Source of the DNA: Candidatus Obscuribacteraceae bacterium
GTDB lineage: Bacteria; Cyanobacteriota; Vampirovibrionia; Obscuribacterales; Obscuribacteraceae
Length of the DNA stretch: 64,000 nt
Assembly (NCBI GenBank): GCA_044226015.1
Contig: JBGAHS010000002.1
Location: forward strand, 369,570 to 433,569
Direction: 5' to 3'
Under the pieces are notes generated by a model that worked only from the letters and a program-made list of their open reading frames with translations, did no database searches and had not been told where the DNA came from. The translations under genes and the position numbers were made by a program. Below are positions 10,350 to 20,633 of this stretch, one piece after another (positions within the stretch are counted from its first letter, which is position 1; each line of letters begins with the position of its first letter).

Positions 10350-11573
10350 ATGAGAAAAGTTCACTCAAGAGAAGCGAACACACGACATAAGAAACCTTCT
10401 AACGGCAAAGCACCCATATCGCGTCTTTCACATGGGTTCATAAGCAACATCTATCAGGCTATCACTGGCAACGTCCAAATCCCGCAGCACTTCGTTCGCC
10501 GAGCATTGGCAAACGGGCTGCCTGAACCGGAGCTGCAAGATGCTATTCGATGCGCTCGCACAGCGGTTTTACTTCCAGACTATTTGCTTTCCGCTGCCGA
10601 ACAGAAGTTCGAACGAGCCGTTTATTGGGATGAACTTGGACTTAAAACAAGAGCGAGAGATCTTTATCTTGAGGCTGCGCTCTGGGCTTTGAACGCAGAG
10701 CTTCTCATTGACGATGAGGAAAAACGCAATCTCGTTTGGCAAAAATATCGCGAGAGCTACCGCCGTGCAGCGCCATATTTTGCACACCCTGCAGAAGAGA
10801 TCAGCATCAATTATCTTGCCACCGCACTCAGTGGCTATTTCCGAGTACCAGCGAGTGCATTTGATGAGCAAGGACAACTTGCAATCGGACCCGTAAAATT
10901 GCCGGTCATTGTGCTACTAAATGGACTCTTCACGGCTCGCGAAGAATTGCACTACTTCGAAAATTCGCTTTTATCACAAGGCTTTGCGACAGTTACGATC
11001 GATTACCCGGGAACGCAAGCTCACAGTGCACATGTTCCTTCAAGCTTCGACGTAAAAGAGCTTGCCAATTCAATTTATCTTTTCCTGTCCACTCGCCCGG
11101 AAGTTGACTGCTCACGCATTTCGCTTTATGGACAGAGCGTCGGTGGACGCATCGCAATTCAAATGGCGTTGGCATTCCCAGAGCGATTCTGCTCAATAGT
11201 TAGCATGTCTACACCGATCGATTTGCTATCAAACCTGGACAAGCTTTCTGCTGCCTTTGCTAGAGAGCATATGGTTCCTACCAGCGCAGCAAGAGCGTCT
11301 CTCTATGAACTAGCATTACATACTGAAATCGAACAAAACATCCAACATATCGAGTCACCACTGCTGGTGCTCGGCGGAGGGAAAGACCGAGTAACGAGCG
11401 CGGAACAAACTAGAATTCTCTTTGACCGCTCGCTTTCATCCGACAAGAAGCTGGTTCTATCGCCTGGGGCTGGTCACTGCCTCTACGAAATGATGCCTAG
11501 CTTACGCTATGACATCGCTCAATGGTTCAGACAACGTGCCACAGTATTCGCCAGCACACCTGTGACTGAGTAG
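10350..11573 (+). CDS. Alpha/beta hydrolase (FrsA / dihydroxypseudooxynicotine hydrolase-like)
   Basis: Nucleophile elbow GQSVGG, GGKD Asp, GAGH His; AGGAG RBS before ATG 10350. Confidence 0.85.
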   Translation: MRKVHSREANTRHKKPSNGKAPISRLSHGFISNIYQAITGNVQIPQHFVRRALANGLPEPELQDAIRCARTAVLLPDYLLSAAEQKFERAVYWDELGLKTRARDLYLEAALWALNAELLIDDEEKRNLVWQKYRESYRRAAPYFAHPAEEISINYLATALSGYFRVPASAFDEQGQLAIGPVKLPVIVLLNGLFTAREELHYFENSLLSQGFATVTIDYPGTQAHSAHVPSSFDVKELANSIYLFLSTRPEVDCSRISLYGQSVGGRIAIQMALAFPERFCSIVSMSTPIDLLSNLDKLSAAFAREHMVPTSAARASLYELALHTEIEQNIQHIESPLLVLGGGKDRVTSAEQTRILFDRSLSSDKKLVLSPGAGHCLYEMMPSLRYDIAQWFRQRATVFASTPVTE

Positions 11574-11590
11574 CTATCATCAATTACGAA

Positions 11591-11715
11591 TGAATCGATT
11601 CAATGCCTGGTCCGCTACGGTCCTTGCACCCTAAACCATTGCGGCACAGGAGTTCTGAATCGATTCAGTGCCTGGTCAGCTATGGTCCTTGCATCCTAAA
11701 CCAGTGGCGGCACAG
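11591..11715. repeat. 65-bp direct repeat, two copies
   Basis: TGAATCGATTCA.TGCCTGGTC.GCTA.GGTCCTTGCA.CCTAAACCA...GCGGCACAG at 11591 and 11656; each copy begins with the palindrome TGAATCGATTCA. Confidence 0.85.
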
Positions 11716-11859
11716 TTGTAACAGGTAGTTGGTATCAACGAGTTCAGAATCGAATCTATACCGGTCAGATGCGGGGCAAACACCATATCCAGATACGGCA
11801 CCTGTGCACAGTCCTTGTTATTTGCTAAAGTAGCTTTGCAGTTATAAGAAAGCAATTCC

Positions 11860-12342
11860 ATGAAACCAGCAACAACAACATACGCTTCCTTCAAATCATC
11901 AGCCTTCAATACCACCGAAGATAAAGACTCTTTTGTCAACCCAGGCTGTTTTGGCGATGATGTCTGCGCGTTCCTAATGAAAGGACTCGAAAGCTCCCCA
12001 CTGGACTGCTGCAAGGAACCAATCGCAGAAGACTGGGGCTGGGAGTTCACCTTCAAGTGCAACGAGAAGCCATACTTTGTGGGTTGCGCATTCAATACCG
12101 ACTACGAATGCTGGCTGATCTTTATTGAACCAATGAAGGGATTCAAAGACATGATGAAGTCCCTTTTTGGAAAAGACGACAAAACAGTTCCTCTAGAAAC
12201 AGCTAACGAGATCCACAAAGTACTTTCTGCATCCGACAAGATTAGCGATTTAAAGTGGCATGGCAGCAAAGATTGGGCTGACGCTCTGGAAAATCAGTCA
12301 AAAGGTTTGACTGATAACATCGGCTCTAATGAACCATTTTAG
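11860..12342 (+). CDS. Hypothetical protein
   Basis: 160-aa globular-looking ORF (NPGCFG, EDWGWE) directly upstream of the kinase. Confidence 0.75.
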   Translation: MKPATTTYASFKSSAFNTTEDKDSFVNPGCFGDDVCAFLMKGLESSPLDCCKEPIAEDWGWEFTFKCNEKPYFVGCAFNTDYECWLIFIEPMKGFKDMMKSLFGKDDKTVPLETANEIHKVLSASDKISDLKWHGSKDWADALENQSKGLTDNIGSNEPF

Positions 12343-12369
12343 AACGCACCATGTAATTCACCAAAGGAG

Positions 12370-14022
12370 TTGCCATTGCGCTGGCCAAGTCCACAAGATT
12401 TCCGAGAGTCCATTCAGTCTCCCCTGATTAATTTGTCTGACCCGGAACTTCGCGAGAGCGAATTAGCTCTAGATGCATTGCAGCTGCCCATTGTGACATG
12501 CGGGCAGTTTGCTGCAGTTTTTAAGATTACTGGCACGAGGAAAACCTGGGCGGTCAGGTGTTTTCTTCACAACTTTCCAGACCGGCACGAGAGATACAAG
12601 CGAATATCTGAGTTCATCTTAAAAGATGATTTGGAATACACCGTGGACTTCGAATTGATTGATAAAGGAATTCAAGTCGGCGACGAATGGTATCCGCTAT
12701 TGAAGATGGAGTATGTTACGGGGATTCCCTTGGGAAGATACGTTCGAGAGAATCTAAAATCTACGGAAAAACTCTCTACTTTGCTACAGCAATTCGAAGA
12801 AATGATGTTCGCTCTAAAGAATGATGGTATCGCGCACGGTGACCTACAGCACGACAATATTTTGATAAATGAGCAGGGGCGTTTGCGCCTAATCGATTAT
12901 GACGGCATGTTTGTTCCGTCCCTGAAAGGCTGGAGAAGCAACGAACTTGGACACAGGAATTTCCAACATCCCGGAAGAACAGAAACTTGCTTTGGTCCAT
13001 CTCTAGATAATTTCGCAGCGCATTTAATACGAGACAGTTTGAAGTGTTTAATTGAGGATGAAAACTCGCACAAACTCTTCTTGAAACGCGACGAAGCATT
13101 TTTTCTATCGCGAGAAGACTACCTTAATGAAGACAGCGACAATTTTGGCGACATGGAAACCGCAGGAGGTAGTTGTCTCGAATTTTCCAGAAGAATCAGG
13201 ACACTCTTGCGTAAACCGATCGAGGAGATTCCTTTTATCGACGAAAGTTTCGTGAACGACCTGGAGATGGTACCAGCCCTCGCCACTAAATCCAGGGAAT
13301 CAAACTCTTCGAAAATCCAGCTAAATCAAGGTTCAAGACTGAACAAATTAAGCGATGCCGAACTAATGAACCTGGATAAAACAGACCGCTACATGGAGGG
13401 CTGTGCACTACGACCTTTGTGCAAAGTAGAGGCTGGGATGGATCTTGGGGCTTACGCAGGCACTGCATTGAAATCAGTTCCGGGCAAACAGCTAATTTGG
13501 ATGAGTGAGCCTAGAGAAACAACAGAGTGGCGTGAATTTGAGCCAAGAAGCCGGGGCTTGCAAGTATTGGGTATAGTGGTTTGTCTTGTGCTTTCCATAT
13601 TGAGCATATCCGCACTTCCCGTCGCAGCGGTGTTCATGACCTGCCTGGTATTAATTTTTTTCCGAATGAGCCTCACGGATAAAGCGATTTTTAGTTGCGT
13701 GCGCTTTGGCGTCAGCAAAGGTAATCTCTTGCTTGTTTTTCGAACCAACTGTAGGTACGTAAAAACAGAAACACCGCTTGCCACTGAGCTTGTATTACTA
13801 GAAATACCCCTGTCATACATTACGATCGCATGGTTTTCAGAATCAGGCGCAGGGTTCTACGTTAGTACTCCTAATGAAAAACCATTTCAGAAAAACTTTG
13901 ATGGAACTTTTGGACTCCAAAATTTTGACAGCGAAGAGTGCAAGAAATTTGAGGCGGCCCTAAGAGAGGCTGGGATGACTGCAACGAATCCTTATCTGGA
14001 GACATGGGATATTCCTTATTAG
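12370..14022 (+). CDS. Ser/Thr protein kinase-like protein with TM segment; paralog of 4627
   Basis: GQFAAVF, WAVRCF, HGDLQHDNIL, LIDYDGMF, ELGHRNFQHP; AAGGAG upstream; TM at about aa 397-432. Confidence 0.85.
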   Translation: MPLRWPSPQDFRESIQSPLINLSDPELRESELALDALQLPIVTCGQFAAVFKITGTRKTWAVRCFLHNFPDRHERYKRISEFILKDDLEYTVDFELIDKGIQVGDEWYPLLKMEYVTGIPLGRYVRENLKSTEKLSTLLQQFEEMMFALKNDGIAHGDLQHDNILINEQGRLRLIDYDGMFVPSLKGWRSNELGHRNFQHPGRTETCFGPSLDNFAAHLIRDSLKCLIEDENSHKLFLKRDEAFFLSREDYLNEDSDNFGDMETAGGSCLEFSRRIRTLLRKPIEEIPFIDESFVNDLEMVPALATKSRESNSSKIQLNQGSRLNKLSDAELMNLDKTDRYMEGCALRPLCKVEAGMDLGAYAGTALKSVPGKQLIWMSEPRETTEWREFEPRSRGLQVLGIVVCLVLSILSISALPVAAVFMTCLVLIFFRMSLTDKAIFSCVRFGVSKGNLLLVFRTNCRYVKTETPLATELVLLEIPLSYITIAWFSESGAGFYVSTPNEKPFQKNFDGTFGLQNFDSEECKKFEAALREAGMTATNPYLETWDIPY

Positions 14023-14254
14023 CTGATTTATGAAATGATTTACCTTCATTCCGTTTCTTTTTTTCAAGAATCAAGAACAGCAAAATGGTTCCACAAAATC
14101 TTAATGCCTTCCAAGTATTATTGAGCTATCAAACAACCCAATTTCCTAACAGCAGCTCCCGAAAGGGAGCTGCCTGATTTCTGGACTAGACTATTAGCAG
14201 CCAAAATCAGCACAAGCTGGAAATCAAATACTTCCTTCGAGGTCCGATCCGAGT

Positions 14255-14989
14255 ATGGAACAACTAAATGAGCAAGCAGCCACAAAGAATCAATTAGATG
14301 CAACGATACCACTCTACACGAATGCCTACTCTGTTTTCCTATCAAGACAAACTCAAAAAGAAAACGATGATGCTAGCGAATTTTCAAACGCTACGGCGCA
14401 AACCGAAGAACAAAGAACTTCAAAAGCAAGCTGCGAAAGTGAATTCCCTAGTCCAGGAGGATTTCGCTCTAGCCTTCAAGATCTCTCTGAAAAAACAGAA
14501 CAAATCAAAAACACGAAATCGATAAACCGACGCAATGAACAAGTAGAAGATGCGATTATTATACTCACCCATTTAGCTGATACAAAATGTAGCAGCGTTT
14601 TAAATATGGATGACCTCAAACAATTCAAAAACACCCCGGAACTGACCCCTTCAGCCAAAGACCTAACCCAACACGTAATCGACAACTTTGATTCGCTTGC
14701 GAGTTTCAGCGATGTTGATGAAATAGAAGATCCCCTCGCACGCGAAATCGCAGAAGGCATTTTTGCAACAGATGGAAACAGCAAAAGGGTCATCTCTGCA
14801 GTAGACGTGAATAATATGCGCTCGCTAAATCCCTTGTCATTGGCGTTCCTGGGAATCAAGCTCCGTGAGCGGAGTTATCTCAGATTGGAAAAGGAACCAG
14901 AAGAGACTCAACGGCGAACTCTAAATGAATTATCAAGCTATCTGGAAAGAAAATTGAGAGAAAGAGAGAAACTACTCAACTGGAGATAG
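14255..14989 (+). CDS. Hypothetical protein
   Basis: 244-aa ORF with an acidic, disordered N-terminus. Confidence 0.65.
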   Translation: MEQLNEQAATKNQLDATIPLYTNAYSVFLSRQTQKENDDASEFSNATAQTEEQRTSKASCESEFPSPGGFRSSLQDLSEKTEQIKNTKSINRRNEQVEDAIIILTHLADTKCSSVLNMDDLKQFKNTPELTPSAKDLTQHVIDNFDSLASFSDVDEIEDPLAREIAEGIFATDGNSKRVISAVDVNNMRSLNPLSLAFLGIKLRERSYLRLEKEPEETQRRTLNELSSYLERKLREREKLLNWR

Positions 14990-15066
14990 CAGCATCCTCC
15001 AGACAAAAGAGTGTTTAAAGAGAAATCCATGGATCGTCTCAAATATTCCCTTGAAGCGACAGTCCT

Positions 15067-15645
15067 CTATTCCTGATTGACTCGAGAAAGCGCAGCCTCG
15101 ATTTGCTGCTTGAGTTTCGTATCAGCGTTCTTTTGTTTTGATATTAACGTGAGTGCTTTTTCGTAAAAGAAACCCGCAACTTCTTTCTCACCCTTGCTCA
15201 TCGACTGATTTCCTTTGTTGAAGTAAGTCAATGCTTCTTTATCAATCGCAGACTCGATTGTTTTTGCAGATGAGTTACGCTTTGCTGTACGAGAAGAAGA
15301 CGACGACGATGAGGAAGAAAGTGATCTTGTCCCGGAATAGACTTTAACATGACCGATCTTTGAGTGAACCTTTGCAGGATGCGTGCCCTGACTACTGAAA
15401 TTTCTAAATGAGTATGTATTGATTCCCGGTTGCTGACTTGCGTCTATGTGCCGACCGCGTGGATCGTTAATCGAAGTTACGTTGTTAGGCTTTGCGGATT
15501 CAGTCCCCTCAGCAAGTGCCAGACCAAAGCAGGTAAAGGACACGCTCAAAGAGGTGACAAAGCAATACAAGCTTCGCTCAAATCGGAATGCGAATTCATC
15601 AATTAGCTTACCGCGAAACCTAAGAAGTCTGTCCATACGCCTCAA
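15067..15645 (-). CDS. Exported protein with C-terminal TPR-like hairpin
   Basis: Hydrophobic signal/TM segment, poly-Ser linker, YFNKG...GEKEVAGFFYEKAL. Confidence 0.65.
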   Translation of the reverse strand: MRRMDRLLRFRGKLIDEFAFRFERSLYCFVTSLSVSFTCFGLALAEGTESAKPNNVTSINDPRGRHIDASQQPGINTYSFRNFSSQGTHPAKVHSKIGHVKVYSGTRSLSSSSSSSSSRTAKRNSSAKTIESAIDKEALTYFNKGNQSMSKGEKEVAGFFYEKALTLISKQKNADTKLKQQIEAALSRVNQE

Positions 15646-15727
15646 ACAACCAATCAGTCATCGACAGCTATTGTAATCCAGACAAGTGGGACCACAGATG
15701 AGATTGTATACAACTGGACATGGACCA

Positions 15728-16636
15728 CTATTTTGTGGACTCGATTGCTTTCTGCAACTCCTCTCTGAATCGCGGATCGCCAGCCTTCTGTTTGTCAAAA
15801 GCCTCAAGAGCTTTCTCAAAATAAAAATTCGCCATTTGTGTGTTTCCTGAATTCCGCGCAGAGACCCCTTTCGCATAGAAGACGTGAGCAGTGCTATCCA
15901 GGTTTGGGTGTGCGTCGGGAGGTGTAAGCGAGGGCTGTACAAGAGGCACGGGGGCCCCCAAAAGAACATGAGGTTGTGATGGAGGCTGCGGCTTCTTCTT
16001 CACAAGTAAATCAGGTGCAGAACAAGAATCTTTGCTCTTCCCAGGTTTCTGAGGACTTATATGGGTTGGAGCGATAGCCCGCCCCGGAGAAAGAATCGCT
16101 GGCTCTCCTTGTGGAGTAGATTCAACCTTGCGCAAAATCATGCCACCACCAGCGGGGTTATTCCAGTATTCGTATCCTGCGGGAGCGGGCTTTTGAGGAA
16201 CAGCGTTTTCACCCGAAATTCCACCAGTCGCAACTCGAGAATTGCTATCCTTACTATTCTTTTGAGCAGCAACAGCCGTTCCCTGAGCCAACGCGCCAGG
16301 AGCTGCCAACAACAGCACTGCAAAACTCGCTACAGCACGATAGACTGCTCGGCAGGCATTCCTGATTTTGCGCAATCCAACCGGACAATCGTCTGTAATT
16401 ATCGTTCCGTCGAAACGCCGCCGAAAAATCATGCACTGCGTAGTTCCATTTTCAAGCAAAAAAGACGCCGCTTCTTTTCGGCTCATATCCGAGATATTGA
16501 ATACGTTCTTAGAACAGCCGCAACATAGACGCTTGCGCTCATCACCTTGCATAGAGTCCCACGGAACAGAACAGGGCGAAGCGATCACGAGACTATCTAA
16601 CAAATCACATGCTTCCTGATCAGTTTTGGCTTTCAT
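15728..16636 (-). CDS. Membrane protein with Cys-rich N-terminal domain and C-terminal TPR-like hairpin
   Basis: IASPCSVPWDSM...RLCCGCSKNVFNISDM...DGTIITDDCP; TM AVASFAVLLLAAP; C-terminal FYAKG...ANFYFEKAL. Confidence 0.75.
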   Translation of the reverse strand: MKAKTDQEACDLLDSLVIASPCSVPWDSMQGDERKRLCCGCSKNVFNISDMSRKEAASFLLENGTTQCMIFRRRFDGTIITDDCPVGLRKIRNACRAVYRAVASFAVLLLAAPGALAQGTAVAAQKNSKDSNSRVATGGISGENAVPQKPAPAGYEYWNNPAGGGMILRKVESTPQGEPAILSPGRAIAPTHISPQKPGKSKDSCSAPDLLVKKKPQPPSQPHVLLGAPVPLVQPSLTPPDAHPNLDSTAHVFYAKGVSARNSGNTQMANFYFEKALEAFDKQKAGDPRFREELQKAIESTK

Positions 16637-16927
16637 GGAAATCTCCCGAGAAGTCTATTACTACAAGTATTACAAACGCAATCCAACATACTGCAGTATT
16701 TACCCTGAAAGTTCCTCGGTAAATCAAATGGACTCAGGACGCAGTCCTGAGCACGAAGGATGCAATCATTGACACTGCGTGGCTTTGAAGGTTTTCTGAC
16801 AGCGCCGACCGCCGCACGAACCTATTGAACGGATCACTTAAAGACACATTTCGACAGAAAAAACGACAAAGCAGGCGATTGCGCACCTGCTTTGTCAATT
16901 ATTCAGCGATTCTTACTAGACGCCTTA

Positions 16928-17449
16928 TTAGACGCGCTTGATGGTGACCGACTTGATCACTACATCATTGACCGGGCGATCGCCTGGATTCGTGCGAGTC
17001 GAACCGATCTTCTTCACGACATCCATGCCTTCGACGACTTCCCCAAACACGGAGTGCCTGTTATTGAGGTGAGGCGTGGGTCCTAACGTGATGAAGAACT
17101 GGCTGCCATTTGTGTTAGGTCCAGCGTTTGCCATCGAGAACAAGCCGGCACGGTCATGTTTCAAACTCGGATGAAACTCATCTGCGAATTTGTAACCTGG
17201 ACCGCCTGTGCCAGTTCCCTGAGGGCAACCACCTTGAATCATGAATCCGTCGATTACGCGATGGAAAATCAGCCCATCATAAAATGGACGCTTCGTCTTC
17301 TGACCGCGTTCAAGCCACTCTTTTGAGCCTTCAGCCAAACCAACAAAGTTCGCCACCGTATTTGGTGCTTCCTTATCAAAGAATTTAGCTGTGAAGTTAC
17401 CTTCAGAGGTAACGAACTCAGCGTAAACTCCGGGACCTTTTGTAGTCAT
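16928..17449 (-). CDS. Cyclophilin-type peptidyl-prolyl isomerase (cytoplasmic)
   Basis: [43 protein letters not shown]. Confidence 0.95.
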   Translation of the reverse strand: MTTKGPGVYAEFVTSEGNFTAKFFDKEAPNTVANFVGLAEGSKEWLERGQKTKRPFYDGLIFHRVIDGFMIQGGCPQGTGTGGPGYKFADEFHPSLKHDRAGLFSMANAGPNTNGSQFFITLGPTPHLNNRHSVFGEVVEGMDVVKKIGSTRTNPGDRPVNDVVIKSVTIKRV

Positions 17450-17478
17450 CTATTTTCCTCTTCCGTTTATATGTTCGA

Positions 17479-18099
17479 TTACTTTACGTGTTCGATTGTG
17501 ACTGACTGCATGATTACCGGCTTGATAGGTCTATCGCCATTATCATGGTCAACTTTGGTTGAACCGATTTTATGAACGACGTCCATTCCTTCGACAACTT
17601 CACCAAAAATAGAATGCCTGTCGTTCAAGTGAGGTGTTGGTCCCAATGTAACGAAGAACTGGCTACCATTAGTGCCAGGTCCAGCATTTGCCATGGACAA
17701 CATACCTTCCTTGCTGTGGCGCAGCTTAGGATGAAACTCATCTTCAAATCTGTATCCTGGACCACCAGTACCAGTTCCCAATGGGTCTCCACCTTGAATC
17801 ATGAATCCGTCAATGACACGGTGGAAAATTAATCCATTATAGAATGGCTTCTTGACTTTTTGTCCAGTCTTCGGGTCGGTCCATTCCTTGGTACCGTCAG
17901 CCAAGCCAACAAAGTTAGCAACAGTCTTCGGTGCTTCCTTTTCAAATAATTTGGCTTTGAAGGTTCCCATGTTTGTCTTGAATACCGCATAAGTTCCAGG
18001 TGCATCAGCGGCCATAGCGGCGATGGTTCCCACCAGAAGGTTTGCGGATGCGGCAATGCTGAGCATTCCGAATAGTGCTGTACGACGATTGAATAGCAT
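17479..18099 (-). CDS. Cyclophilin-type PPIase with a twin-Arg-like signal peptide
   Basis: Same cyclophilin motifs; N-terminus [11 protein letters not shown]...AMAA. Confidence 0.95.
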   Translation of the reverse strand: MLFNRRTALFGMLSIAASANLLVGTIAAMAADAPGTYAVFKTNMGTFKAKLFEKEAPKTVANFVGLADGTKEWTDPKTGQKVKKPFYNGLIFHRVIDGFMIQGGDPLGTGTGGPGYRFEDEFHPKLRHSKEGMLSMANAGPGTNGSQFFVTLGPTPHLNDRHSIFGEVVEGMDVVHKIGSTKVDHDNGDRPIKPVIMQSVTIEHVK

Positions 18100-18464
18100 G
18101 TATTGCTCCCAAAGTTAATCTACAGGTGTACGTAATGAGGAAAATGCTACCACATTGGGACATATCGGGCTTGCTGAGTTAACTTTTTGACCACACACAA
18201 TTTGGAGACTTAACTCAACAAGAAAATGAAAACTGTCACCATATTCGGTATCAGTCTATTTAAATAAAATCCTGATTATAATCTCCATGTATTCCAAGCG
18301 AGCGAATCGAGCCAGTGATATTGGCGGACATCACCGAGGATCAATCCAGTCAGCATCGGAGATCCAAAACATATCACAGCGAACATCTTGCACAACACCC
18401 GTTTGAATATACGCTCGAACAACGCCTTTGCCTAAGCAATCTTTTTATTTTCTGCATGCGGAAA

Positions 18465-18679
18465 TGAAGCACCTATCGCATATCGAACGGATCTCGTGAT
18501 TGAAACGCCTATCGCATATCCAGCGGATCTCGCAGTTGAAACGCCTAACGCATATCCAGCGGATCTCGTGATTGAGACTCCTAACGCGTATCCGGCGGAT
18601 CTCGCAGTTGAAACGCCTATCGCATATCCAACGGATCTCGTGATTGAACCGCCTATTGCATATCGAACGGTTCGCGTGA
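18465..18679. repeat. 36-bp minisatellite, about 6 copies
   Basis: Unit TGAAACGCCTATCGCATATCCAGCGGATCTCG(TGAT/CAGT). Confidence 0.9.
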
Positions 18680-18681
18680 AA

Positions 18682-19155
18682 CTATGTTTTTTCCGCTACA
18701 GACATTTGCTCAAGCGCGTCGTTCTTTTTCTTTCTCTGTATGTATAAGGACAAAAACAATGGAGCAAGCAGCGCCAAGAACCAGAAATAAGCACCAGCGG
18801 ACAAAGAATCAAGAGTGCATTTATGCACCCCGCCTTCATCAAGATAGACTTCCTGAACAAGCCAGGCGAAAGTATCTAATGAAACAACCAGAGTGATTAT
18901 GCTGAAACCGATGCTGGTTCGATAACTGCCAGACAACAGAGAGGCAACGGCACCTATGTTAAAGACATTGGCAAACCAGGCAAACTGCCCTAGTAGCGGT
19001 CCCATCCAACCGATAGATAGAAGCCATAGACCGCTGAACTGCTCAGGTTTGCCGTTTTGATTTACGCAGTTCACCGCCACAGGCAAAGCACATGCAATTA
19101 GATAAGGAAGTAAACAAGCTATCAGCAAAAGAGCTCGACTCGGTTTGACTTCCAC
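18682..19155 (-). CDS. Small multi-pass membrane protein
   Basis: About 4 hydrophobic helices; GWMGPLLGQFAWFAN. Confidence 0.75.
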   Translation of the reverse strand: MEVKPSRALLLIACLLPYLIACALPVAVNCVNQNGKPEQFSGLWLLSIGWMGPLLGQFAWFANVFNIGAVASLLSGSYRTSIGFSIITLVVSLDTFAWLVQEVYLDEGGVHKCTLDSLSAGAYFWFLALLAPLFLSLYIQRKKKNDALEQMSVAEKT

Positions 19156-19169
19156 AGTTCAACCCCAAC

Positions 19170-20156
19170 CTAGTGCGTTGCGCGCTTGTTCCATTCAAAC
19201 CCCAGCATCCCACCTGCAGCTGCAGCAGCAAAAGTAGCAAGTGAAATTATACACGCCGATGCCAACGCTTCCCACCCAAGTTCAAAGCCTATTTTGAATT
19301 GATCTAAAATTAGAGAGACAGAAGTGACTAGTACATTGATTACATTCGCCATCACCAGTGGTGCCAGTGCAAAAACCGGAGTAGCTACAGCAGCAGTTTT
19401 GTTCTTGACCTTCGCTAAAGAGCTGGCCATGAAACTAGCGCAAAACAGACCAAATCCGAAAAGCATAAGCTCTCGCAATGTTCCAACAGAACCTGTAAAC
19501 ATCATAGATGCTACACCAATTGCAGAGAAGCTGAGCAAGCAAGACTTGTACAAAGGCTTGAGCAAAATTCTGCCTTTTAGCTGCTCGATAAAAAATGATG
19601 AAACCTTGAAAGACATTGCAAACGAAACTAAAGTCGAGACAAGATAGCTCGGCAAATCCCAACCACTGGAAGAGGTTCCCAACACTACGAGCTGAGAGAT
19701 CATGAGTAGCCCCAATAAAGGCAAGCTATGCGCGAAAGGATGCTTTCTCACTCTATCAAAACAGGCCAAGCCCATAGCCATACACATGGGAACGATAAGA
19801 AAGTAAAGTATCACGATAGCCATAACACCTTGATTGACACCATGCTGTTGCCCAAAAAAGTGTTTTACAAAATAATAGCCCCAGTCGAAACCAAGATGAG
19901 CAACGAAGTAACCAGTGAAGCCAAGATAAATGGAACAAAGCCAAGGCAGCATGGCAGACTTCCAAAAAAAGCCTTGCCCTCCCTTCGAATTGCTGCCTTG
20001 AGACGGCAAGCTATACCCAGCTGAGCCATCTGGCAAAGGAGTGGCATAAGAGCAGTTGGAATCTACGCTAGCCGAAATGTTCGCAGGCAATTCTGCTTCG
20101 GCTTGCCCTTCAACGACCTTGAGGTCGATTTCCTCTTTTAACGTTTGTTTGTTCAT
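19170..20156 (-). CDS. Multi-pass membrane protein
   Basis: About 8 hydrophobic helices in 328 aa. Confidence 0.75.
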   Translation of the reverse strand: MNKQTLKEEIDLKVVEGQAEAELPANISASVDSNCSYATPLPDGSAGYSLPSQGSNSKGGQGFFWKSAMLPWLCSIYLGFTGYFVAHLGFDWGYYFVKHFFGQQHGVNQGVMAIVILYFLIVPMCMAMGLACFDRVRKHPFAHSLPLLGLLMISQLVVLGTSSSGWDLPSYLVSTLVSFAMSFKVSSFFIEQLKGRILLKPLYKSCLLSFSAIGVASMMFTGSVGTLRELMLFGFGLFCASFMASSLAKVKNKTAAVATPVFALAPLVMANVINVLVTSVSLILDQFKIGFELGWEALASACIISLATFAAAAAGGMLGFEWNKRATH

Positions 20157-20633
20157 AATCTCCGACCGTTTGAGAACAATTCAAGCACCAATAATAATTC
20201 TATGCTTGATGTTCCCCTGGTCCCTCGCCCCCCCGTAACAGAAGATCAACTGGCACGGTTCAAAAATTAGGCGGACCCAAACTGTGCTCATTCAATGTCC
20301 CTTCCATGCTCATTGAACAAACCATTCATTCACTGCCAATTTATCCCAGCTGTTTCCACGAGAACTTTGCCACTTCAAAGCAAAGAAGTCACAGCATTCA
20401 CCTGTCGATAAAGGCAGGATGGCTGACTCCTAAGCAGTGACAATTACAAAAATAAAATCCAGCACCGATTGTGGGCACTCAATTCAAACGCAATAGTTCT
20501 TGCTTTCAGCCACAAAAGCCAGTTTTAATGCCGCCACCACGGTAAGTGTCAAGTTGAAAGATTTGATTGATTTATTGGCTGTGCTCAACTCACAGGCGGA
20601 CAATTATGTCACTTCAACAAATGATCAGAGGTC

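Noticed and set aside
4627..14022. TerY-P-type or other kinase defence system
   Set aside because: No vWA or PP2C partner genes near either kinase
18465..18679. CRISPR array (36-bp unit)
   Set aside because: Units are contiguous with no unique spacers; no cas genes in the window
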